Assembly (NCBI GenBank): GCA_049325335.1
Contig: JBMOMC010000001.1
Span: 256,001 to 320,000, forward strand
From: Nitrospirota bacterium
GTDB taxonomy: Bacteria > Nitrospirota > Nitrospiria > 2-01-FULL-66-17
Direction of reading: 5' to 3'
DNA length: 64,000 nt
The stretch's first letter is position 1, and every line of letters starts with the position of its first letter. Of the stretch, positions 56,922-64,000 are shown piece by piece. The notes under the pieces were generated by a model. It did no database searches and was not told the DNA's origin. It saw nothing but the letters and a program-made list of their open reading frames with translations. Made by a program: the position numbers and the translations under genes.

Positions 56922-57691
56922 CAATACAAGAGCGCCGTCATAATATAGTCCGAGATCAAGATCAACACACACGACACCACCACCGCCCCCGTGGTGGCTT
57001 GCCCCACGCCCTCCGCGCCGCCTTGGGCGTGAAACCCGCGTTGACAACTGATCAGGGCGATGATGCCGCCGAACACCACGGCTTTGAGCAGGCCGCCGTA
57101 CACGTCGGCGACTTCCAGAAAGTCGAACGTACGTTTCATATACACGGTGGGGTTCACGTCCAGGACGAACACCGAGACGCCGAATCCGCCCGCGATCCCG
57201 ATGATGTCGGAAAATACCGTCAAGACCGGCAGCATCAAGACCCCCGCGAGAAATCGCGGCACCACCAGGTATTTGATCGGATTGACGCCCATCGACGCCA
57301 GCGCGTCGATCTGTTCGGTCACGCGCATGGTGCCGAGTTCCGCGGCCATGGCCGCCCCGGCACGCCCCGCGACCATCAACCCCGTGAGCACCGGACCCAG
57401 TTCGCGGGTCATCGACAACGCGACCACCGTGCCCACCAGGCTTTCGGCTTGAAAGCGTTGAAACCCATTGTAGCTTTGCAGCGCCAGCACCATACCCGTG
57501 GACAAACCCGTAATGGCGACCACGGGAATCGACTTGGTTCCCACCTCTTCCATCTGTTTGACGTGCAACCGGAAATCCAACGGCCTGACCAACGCGCCCC
57601 GCAACACCCCCCACCACAACAGCCACAGGCTGCCGATCTCATGGAGCACGGTCAGCGCGATCCGGCCGAGCCCTTCGAGCCAGGACGTCAC
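56921..57691 (-). CDS. mlaE: Mla-type ABC permease
   Basis: RELGPVLTGLMVAGRAG, ELGTMRVTEQIDAL, GGAEGVGQATT. Confidence 0.95.
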   Translation of the reverse strand: MTSWLEGLGRIALTVLHEIGSLWLLWWGVLRGALVRPLDFRLHVKQMEEVGTKSIPVVAITGLSTGMVLALQSYNGFQRFQAESLVGTVVALSMTRELGPVLTGLMVAGRAGAAMAAELGTMRVTEQIDALASMGVNPIKYLVVPRFLAGVLMLPVLTVFSDIIGIAGGFGVSVFVLDVNPTVYMKRTFDFLEVADVYGGLLKAVVFGGIIALISCQRGFHAQGGAEGVGQATTGAVVVSCVLILISDYIMTALLY

Positions 57692-58863
57692 GCCGCCATC
57701 CCCGGCCCGCCGTGGTATCGACGCGGCACGCGCGGTCCGATTCCACAGAGCAGTTCATAGGCGATCGTGCCCGCGGCCTCGGCCACGTCTTCAGCGGGCA
57801 GGGACTCCGCGCCCTGCGAGCCGATGAGGACCGCCTCGTCGCCCTCGGCCACGCCCGGCACGTCGGTGGCGTCGACCATGGTCAAATCCATGCACACGCG
57901 GCCGACGACCGGCGCCTTCCGGCCGCGGATCAACACCGCGCCGCGATTCGAGAGGGCGCGGGGGTAGCCGTCCGCGTACCCGATCGGGAGCACGGCGATC
58001 ACGCTCTCACGACTCGTGATAAACGTGCGACCGTAACTGATCGGCGTGTTGGGCGGCACGCGCTTGAGCAAGAGGATCTCCGTGGTCAACGACAAGACGG
58101 GGTTGAGCGTGGTCCCGTCCACCGCCGGTCCCGGGCGACACCCGTACAACATGATCCCCGGACGCACCGCTTCGTACAACGGGCCGTCGCTGGAGCGATC
58201 TCCCGTCGCTCCGAGCGCGCGAGGCCCCTTGATCAAGGCGGCGCTGTTGGCCGCATGCCGGATCGGAATCTTGATTCCGACGCGCGCCAGCGTCTCCGCG
58301 ACCGCGTCGAACCGCGCGATCTGCTCGCGCGCGTACGCCGGGTCCGCCAGGTCGGCGTCGGCAAAATGCGTCATCAACCCGTCAAGGCGCAGACCGGGAT
58401 AGCGGGCCACGCGTGCCGCGGCCTGCGCCGCGGTCTCGACCGGAAACCCCAAACGGCCCATCCCGGTGTCCACCTTGACGTGAACCGACGCGAGACGGCC
58501 CGCGCGCACGGCCGCCGCGTCCAGCGCGGCCGCGTGCTCCAGGTGGAAGATCGCGGCCGACAAGTCCAGTGCTACCACGTCGGACGCCTGCTCGGACGCG
58601 AATCCGCCGAGCACGAGGATCTCGCCCCGCAACCCGGCCTCGCGCAGAATGCGCCCCTCTTCCACCAGGGCCACGCCGAATCGGCGCACGCCGTCGGCCT
58701 CGAGCGCACGGGCCACCGCAACCGCGCCGTGGCCGTAAGCGTCGGCTTTCACCACCGCGATCACGTCGCGACCGCCCGCCAACCGCCGGGCCTGCCCCAG
58801 GTTGACGCGAAGCGCGCCGAGGTCAACGCGGGCGACGGTCGGTCGTCGGGAACACTCGGTCAC
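57688..58863 (-). CDS. alr: Alanine racemase
   Basis: AVVKADAYGHG (PLP Lys), HVKVDTGMGRLG, MTHFA, GYADG, GRVCMD. Confidence 0.97.
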   Translation of the reverse strand: MTECSRRPTVARVDLGALRVNLGQARRLAGGRDVIAVVKADAYGHGAVAVARALEADGVRRFGVALVEEGRILREAGLRGEILVLGGFASEQASDVVALDLSAAIFHLEHAAALDAAAVRAGRLASVHVKVDTGMGRLGFPVETAAQAAARVARYPGLRLDGLMTHFADADLADPAYAREQIARFDAVAETLARVGIKIPIRHAANSAALIKGPRALGATGDRSSDGPLYEAVRPGIMLYGCRPGPAVDGTTLNPVLSLTTEILLLKRVPPNTPISYGRTFITSRESVIAVLPIGYADGYPRALSNRGAVLIRGRKAPVVGRVCMDLTMVDATDVPGVAEGDEAVLIGSQGAESLPAEDVAEAAGTIAYELLCGIGPRVPRRYHGGPGMAA

Positions 58864-60029
58864 GGGGGGGCAGCCGCCTTTCGGATGGATTCGGCCTGTT
58901 GCGCCGCGGCTTTGGCCTCGGCGGCCAGGCCCTTGGAGGCGAACAGTTCCGCCTTACGGTCAAAGAGCCGCGCGCGCAGTTCGGGGTCTCCCACCGGAAC
59001 CAAGGCCTCGGCTTCGTCGATGACCCTCCCCGCTTCGTAGGGTTTGTCTTGCGCGATCAACACCTGCGCCAACGTGTCCAGGTAATACGGGGCGCGCGAC
59101 GGGTCCCAGCGCAGCGCGCCGCGCACCAACAACTCGGCCGGATTTAGCGCGCCCTCCTGAAACAACAATCGGCTCTTGCCGTGAGCGCTGCGCGCAAAGT
59201 CCGAGGCTTTCGCCGCAAAATCCGCGGGGGACGCCGACTGCGCTTCGTCGATCAGCCGCACCGCTTCCTCCGGCCGCGCGGTCTCCAGCATCACGTGAAC
59301 CAACACGAACAACGAGTCGGCGGCACGATCGCGATCCCGCCGCACGGCTTCGCGCGCCAACCGTTCGGCGTCGTCGTATTTGCGAGCCGCCAACCGCGCC
59401 TTGCCCTGTTCTAAGGCCAACGACGCGAGCTGCGGGAGATCATCCGCCAGGGTCTCGCGGAGTTTGCTCAAGTTGGGGGCGTCATCCTTCCACTGCGCCG
59501 ACGCGTCATCGATCGCACGACCGGCCTCGAGCGGTTTACCCAGCTTGATCAACACCGCCACCAAGGTGTCCGCGTATTCCGGCCTTGGATCCCACGCCAT
59601 GGCCTTACGCGCCAACGACTCGGCGGACGCAACGCGTTTGCCTTGCGAGAGGTACACCCACGCCAGGTTATTGGCACCGGGTGCGGCCGATGGTCCGCCG
59701 ACGCGTACCGCGCGCCCGTACCAGCCCTCCGCAGCCACGGAATCGCCAGCGGCCGCGGCCAGGTTGCCGAGATTGACCAGCGCCTGCGCATGATTCGGTT
59801 CGGTGCGCAGCGCGGCTTTATATTCCCCGGCGGCGCGTTCGGGGTTGCCGTCGCGCTCATACGCAACACCAAGCGCCACGTGTTCATCGGCGCTGAGGGG
59901 ATCGTGAAACGCCACCACGCGCAACGAGCCGAACACGCCGCACCCGGACGCCGCCAGCGCCCAGGCAACGACCAGGGCCAGCGCGACGCGCGAACGGGGG
60001 ACGATCCCCGGTGATCCCGGCGCGCTCAC
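58860..60029 (-). CDS. TPR-repeat lipoprotein
   Basis: Lipobox ASGC; HDPLSADEHVALGVAYE; NNLAWVY; many TPRs. Confidence 0.85.
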   Translation of the reverse strand: MSAPGSPGIVPRSRVALALVVAWALAASGCGVFGSLRVVAFHDPLSADEHVALGVAYERDGNPERAAGEYKAALRTEPNHAQALVNLGNLAAAAGDSVAAEGWYGRAVRVGGPSAAPGANNLAWVYLSQGKRVASAESLARKAMAWDPRPEYADTLVAVLIKLGKPLEAGRAIDDASAQWKDDAPNLSKLRETLADDLPQLASLALEQGKARLAARKYDDAERLAREAVRRDRDRAADSLFVLVHVMLETARPEEAVRLIDEAQSASPADFAAKASDFARSAHGKSRLLFQEGALNPAELLVRGALRWDPSRAPYYLDTLAQVLIAQDKPYEAGRVIDEAEALVPVGDPELRARLFDRKAELFASKGLAAEAKAAAQQAESIRKAAAPP

Positions 60030-60664
60030 GATCGCGGCGCGCCCTCGACGTGTCGGCGCCCGTCAAGCGCCAACGCCCACCATCCGGCGCGTTTCCAGGA
60101 CGCCGTAAACCGGTGATACGACATCGACGCCTCGGGATCACGCCCGGAGTACAACAGAACCCGCTCGGCGACGTCATCGTACCCGACCACGACCACGAAG
60201 TGTCCTTGGCGAACAGGCCCGAAACCGAGATCGAGAAACACCACGAGGGGCTGGTCCTCGGCCACGCGCGAGCGCAGCCATCCCACGGTTGCGGCGGCCG
60301 GAATCACCGCGGCGTCGGCCGCCCGACGCGCCGCGAATCGCGCCAGGTCCAGGGGCAACACGCCCGCGAGCGAGGGCGCGGCCACGGCATCCACAATCTC
60401 CTGAACGGTGACGGCATCGCCCCAGTAGGCGAGTACGCTCGCCAATGCGGCCGGTCCACACGCGCCGGGATCACCCGGCACAAACGGCACACCGACGATC
60501 CGATGGGTGGAGGGAAGAAGGGTGTCGGCCGCGGAACGCATCGCGTTCGGAGCCAGGTCACCGACACACCCGAGGGAAACACTCAATCCGAACACGGCGC
60601 CGAAGCCACGAAGCAGCCCACGCGGCATGGCATCAAGGCCCCCCAGACCGCGGAGTCGGCTCAT
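60026..60664 (-). CDS. C39-like cysteine peptidase (PA2778-like), probable lipoprotein
   Basis: GVPF..GACGPAALASVLAYWG (catalytic Cys), GHFVVVVGYD (His), SG; SLGC lipobox-like motif. Confidence 0.85.
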   Translation of the reverse strand: MSRLRGLGGLDAMPRGLLRGFGAVFGLSVSLGCVGDLAPNAMRSAADTLLPSTHRIVGVPFVPGDPGACGPAALASVLAYWGDAVTVQEIVDAVAAPSLAGVLPLDLARFAARRAADAAVIPAAATVGWLRSRVAEDQPLVVFLDLGFGPVRQGHFVVVVGYDDVAERVLLYSGRDPEASMSYHRFTASWKRAGWWALALDGRRHVEGAPRS

Positions 60665-60690
60665 CCCTAAACGCCAGTCGGCGACCTCCG

Positions 60691-61110
60691 TTACTTGGTA
60701 ATGACGACCCGGTGACCGGTCAATTGCAGCAACACCACCACCAGGATCGCGATCACCAATAATCCGATGATCACGCCAAGCCCGCTGTCCCCGCCGGGCT
60801 GCACGCTGTCCAATTGCGCGACGGTTTGGTGAAGCTGCGCGTCGCTCATCTGCGCCACGCGCGCGGACACGTCTTGCGGGCTCATTCCCCAGTCCGCAAG
60901 GCGTTGCGCCACCACTTTCCGTTCAAGATGCGACCGCAGGCGATCGAGATCTGCGGCCCGGTTGTACGAGGCCGCCGCGACCGCGGCTTCCGACCCCACA
61001 AACGATGCCCAGCCCGCCGCCGGAAACGCCGCCATGCCGCCCATCACGACCAACGCGGCGCAAAGGTAGAGAATCAGTGAAGTATTGAACAGTCGCCTGC
61101 GTCCCTGCAT
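60691..61110 (-). CDS. PA2779-family protein (signal peptide, GG motif, hydrophobic C-terminal tail)
   Basis: VAQRLADWGMSPQDVSARVAQMSDAQLHQ..PGGD-SGLGVIIGLLVIAILVVVLL. Confidence 0.85.
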   Translation of the reverse strand: MQGRRRLFNTSLILYLCAALVVMGGMAAFPAAGWASFVGSEAAVAAASYNRAADLDRLRSHLERKVVAQRLADWGMSPQDVSARVAQMSDAQLHQTVAQLDSVQPGGDSGLGVIIGLLVIAILVVVLLQLTGHRVVITK

Positions 61111-61132
61111 GAATACCCCTTTCACGAACGGG

Positions 61133-61684
61133 TTAGACCTCCAAGATTTCCGCTTCTTTTTTGGCCAGGATGTCGTCCACTTTGGCCACGTACTGATCGG
61201 TCAGCCGCTGAATGTCCTCTTGCGCGACCCGCTGCGCGTCCTCGGACACGTCCCCGCCCTTCTGCGCCTTCTTGATCTCGTCGTTGACGTCGCGGCGCAC
61301 GTTGCGGACCGACACCTTGGCCTCCTCCCCCATGCGCCGCGCAAGTTTGACGTACTCCTTGCGCCGCTCTTCGGTGAGCGGCGGGATATTCAACCGGATG
61401 AGTTTCCCGTCGTTGGACGGCTGTAAGCCAAGGTTCGCGGACTGGATGGCTTTCTCGATCTCCGGGATCCGGCTGGGTTCCCACGGCTGAATCACGATGG
61501 TCCGGCTCTCGGGGATCGACAGACTTGCCACCTGCTTGAGCGGCATGAGGGTGCCGTAGTAATCGACCTGTACGCTGTCCAAGAGCGAGAGGGACGCGCG
61601 CCCGGTCCGGATGGAGGCCAATTCGCGGCGCAAGTGTTCGATCACCTGCTCCATGCGCTCGCCGCCCTTTTTCTTTACGTCCAC
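61133..61684 (-). CDS. frr: Ribosome recycling factor
   Basis: SIRTGRAS, VDYYG, IPPLTEERRKE, VRNVRRD; GGAGGG RBS before GTG 61684. Confidence 0.97.
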   Translation of the reverse strand: MDVKKKGGERMEQVIEHLRRELASIRTGRASLSLLDSVQVDYYGTLMPLKQVASLSIPESRTIVIQPWEPSRIPEIEKAIQSANLGLQPSNDGKLIRLNIPPLTEERRKEYVKLARRMGEEAKVSVRNVRRDVNDEIKKAQKGGDVSEDAQRVAQEDIQRLTDQYVAKVDDILAKKEAEILEV

Positions 61685-61710
61685 GACTCGCCCTCCATCC
61701 GTCGCGATCG

Positions 61711-62454
61711 TCACACGCGCACGCGATCGCCTTCGACCACCGTCCCCAACGCTTCCCCCGACACGATCCGTTTGATATTGTCCTTGTCCTTGAGATTGAA
61801 CACGATGATGGGTAGACGGTTCTCCATGCACAACGTCACCGCCGTGGTATCCATCACCGCCAGACCTTTTTCAATCACCTCGAAGAAGGTGAGGCGCGAG
61901 AACATGGTCGCGCTCCGATCCTTCATGGGGTCGCGATCGTACACCCCGTCCACCTTGGTGCCTTTGAGGATGACTTCGGCGCCGATTTCCATGGCCCGCA
62001 ACGCGGCCGCGGTGTCGGTCGAGAAATACGGATTGCCGGTGCCGCAGGCGAGGATGACCACGCGTTTTTTTTCCAAATGGCGGATCGCCTTGCGACGGAT
62101 ATAGGGCTCGGCCAATTGCCGCATCTCGATGGCGGACTGCACCCGCGTGAGCACGCCCTTGCGCTCCAGCACGCTTTGCAGGGCCAGCGCGTTCATCACG
62201 GTGGCGAGCATACCCATGTAGTCGGCCGAGGAGCGCTCGATCCCGGTGGCCGCGGCCGCCAGCCCTCGGAAAATATTGCCGCCGCCGATCACGATGGCCA
62301 GTTCCACGCCGAGGGCGTTGACCTCTTGAAGTTGGTCCGCGATTTCCCCGACCACCACGGGGTCGATGCCGTAGCCGCGTTCACCGGCCAACACCTCGCC
62401 GCTGAGCTTCAAGAGCACTCGACGGTATTTCAGATCGGCCACGGAGTGTTCCAC
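61711..62454 (-). CDS. pyrH: UMP kinase
   Basis: [40 protein letters not shown]. Confidence 0.98.
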   Translation of the reverse strand: MEHSVADLKYRRVLLKLSGEVLAGERGYGIDPVVVGEIADQLQEVNALGVELAIVIGGGNIFRGLAAAATGIERSSADYMGMLATVMNALALQSVLERKGVLTRVQSAIEMRQLAEPYIRRKAIRHLEKKRVVILACGTGNPYFSTDTAAALRAMEIGAEVILKGTKVDGVYDRDPMKDRSATMFSRLTFFEVIEKGLAVMDTTAVTLCMENRLPIIVFNLKDKDNIKRIVSGEALGTVVEGDRVRV

Positions 62455-62536
62455 GGACGCGCCCGCAGATCACGGATCACGGCCGATGCGAAGACACGCG
62501 ACTCTCGCGTGCGGCCGTGACCGATAACCTGTAGGC

Positions 62537-63145
62537 CTATATCTCTTCCCCCAGCTTGTACCGAATGAACCGGCGCACGGAGATCCGCTCCCCGATTTTG
62601 GCGACTTTTTCCGTGATCAACGCGTCGATCGTGACGGTCGGGTCTTTGATGAACGGCTGATCCAGCAACGAGATCTCGGCGCTGAACTTGTCGATGCGGC
62701 CTTGGACGATCTGCGCGACGATCTTGTCGGGTTTGCCGGACTGTTTAGCTTCGTCGGTGAATCGCGCACGGGCTTCGGTCAGGGCGCTTTCCGGGATGTC
62801 CTTGCGACTGAGATACTGCGGCGTGGTCGGGGTCCCGGCGATGTGCATGGCCAAATCCTTGACCAATGTCTGGAATTCGGGATTGCGCGCCACGAAGTCG
62901 GTCTCGCAGTTGACCTCCACCAAGACGCCGATCTTGCCGCCCGCGTGGATGTAGGACCCGATCAATCCGTCTCCGACCTCGCGGCCGGCTTTCTTGGCGG
63001 CCACCGCCGCGCCTTGCTCGCGCAACCAGTCCGCGGCCTTTTCCAGATCGCCGCCGTGCCGTTCAAGCGCCTTCTTGCAATCCATCATGCCGGCGCCGGT
63101 GCGCTCGCGAAGTTGCTTCACGAGCTCGGGGGAAACCGTCGCCAT
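62537..63145 (-). CDS. tsf: Elongation factor Ts (short form)
   Basis: VKQLRERTGAGMMDCKKAL and VEVNCETDFVA. Confidence 0.98.
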   Translation of the reverse strand: MATVSPELVKQLRERTGAGMMDCKKALERHGGDLEKAADWLREQGAAVAAKKAGREVGDGLIGSYIHAGGKIGVLVEVNCETDFVARNPEFQTLVKDLAMHIAGTPTTPQYLSRKDIPESALTEARARFTDEAKQSGKPDKIVAQIVQGRIDKFSAEISLLDQPFIKDPTVTIDALITEKVAKIGERISVRRFIRYKLGEEI

Positions 63146-63147
63146 TG

Positions 63148-63918
63148 TTACCGGCCCTCCGCGGCGGCCAACTCCGCCATCGCGTGCCCGGCAGACACCG
63201 CGCTGGCCTTGGCCTGTTCCTCGATTCGCGCCGAGTGCAGCCGGCGGCCATCGATCACCGCGTCCGCGATGCGACCGGTGATCAGTCGGAGGCCACGAAT
63301 GGCGTCATCATTCCCGGGGATCACGTAGTCGATTTCGTCGGGATCACAATTGGTGTCCACGATCGCCACCACCGGAATGCCGAGGCGATTGGCCTCGTGC
63401 ACCGCGATATTTTCTTTCTTGCAGTCGATCAAAAAAATGATCCCCGGCAACGCGGTCATGGTTTTGATACCGCCCAGGATTCTTTCCAGTTGGGCCCGTT
63501 CCTTTTCCATGCCCGAGGCTTCCTTCTTGGTCCGCCGTTCCAAACTGCCGTCGGTCTTGGCCAGGTCGAGCTTTTTGAGCTTGTCCGCGCTCTTGCGCAA
63601 CGTCTGGAAGTTGGTGAGCATCCCGCCCAACCACCGCTGGTTCACGTAGTACATGCCGCAGCGTTTGGCCTCCGATTCCACGATCGCCTGCGCCTGACGT
63701 TTCGTCCCCACGAACAGGACGGTCGCGCCGTCGGCCACCGTGTTCTGCACGAATGCGAAGGCCTCGCCGAATTTCTTGACGGTTTTTTGCAGGTCGATGA
63801 TGTAGACGCCGTTGCGTTCCCCGAAGATGTACTTCTTCATCTTGGGGTTCCACCGCTTGGTTTGGTGGCCGAAATGCACGCCGGCCTCCAGCAGATCTTT
63901 GAGCGCAATGTCCGACAT
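63148..63918 (-). CDS. rpsB: 30S ribosomal protein S2
   Basis: [53 protein letters not shown]. Confidence 0.98.
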   Translation of the reverse strand: MSDIALKDLLEAGVHFGHQTKRWNPKMKKYIFGERNGVYIIDLQKTVKKFGEAFAFVQNTVADGATVLFVGTKRQAQAIVESEAKRCGMYYVNQRWLGGMLTNFQTLRKSADKLKKLDLAKTDGSLERRTKKEASGMEKERAQLERILGGIKTMTALPGIIFLIDCKKENIAVHEANRLGIPVVAIVDTNCDPDEIDYVIPGNDDAIRGLRLITGRIADAVIDGRRLHSARIEEQAKASAVSAGHAMAELAAAEGR

Positions 63919-64000
63919 ACCCGACTCCTCCTCGTGAAGTTGATCCGCCGCGCGCCTCACCGGACGCCGGACCCGGCCATGCGGGACTTCCGACGCCCTC

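Noticed and set aside
63919..64000. rpsB leader autoregulatory RNA
   Set aside because: Truncated by the window edge; no structure can be supported.
1..64000. tRNA, rRNA, prophage, integrase or intact IS
   Set aside because: No cloverleaf or rRNA-like segments, phage structural genes or intact recombinase/transposase ORFs were recognised by eye; tRNAscan/Infernal were not run.

Overview
High-GC bacterial chromosome segment. The rpsB-tsf-pyrH-frr-...-alr-mlaEFD order, short EF-Ts and overall gene set suggest Nitrospirota or a deltaproteobacteria-like lineage (inference only). In order: a 5'-truncated CPA1 Na+/H+ antiporter, a decayed Y1/RAYT-type transposase and cspA; a sigma54-type promoter ahead of an unknown membrane protein, an AlgE-like porin and an NrtABD-type anion ABC transporter; a pst/phoU locus with a duplicated porin+PstS module, each copy preceded by four 11-bp-periodic Pho-box-like repeats; psiE-like, rmuC, pspC-like, two DUF4124 proteins and a small foreign-looking islet with an M50 protease; bamD, sirC-like, geranylgeranyl-reductase-like, ccdA/TlpA and a full System I ccm operon; a KGG stress protein; a CHASE2-GAF-HD-GYP / FecR / outer-membrane-barrel trio; alkA, SRPBCC, VOC, ABC-F and GT2; a DnaJ / sigma54 activator / two-Hsp20 module; a HEPN-like protein, uvrC, cvrA and PilZ; mlaEFD, alr, a PA2779/PA2778-like precursor-peptidase-TPR trio, and frr-pyrH-tsf-rpsB. 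No rRNA, tRNA or CRISPR array was seen. Best leads: (1) a His-less CcmE-like domain fused to a CcmD-like helix at the ccmD position; (2) a putative trans-envelope c-di-GMP signalling trio; (3) a sigma54-driven small heat-shock module with an unknown small partner ORF; (4) a double-glycine precursor / C39 peptidase lipoprotein system; (5) a window-wide signature of leaderless mRNAs. All calls come from reading motifs by eye; no database searches were run.
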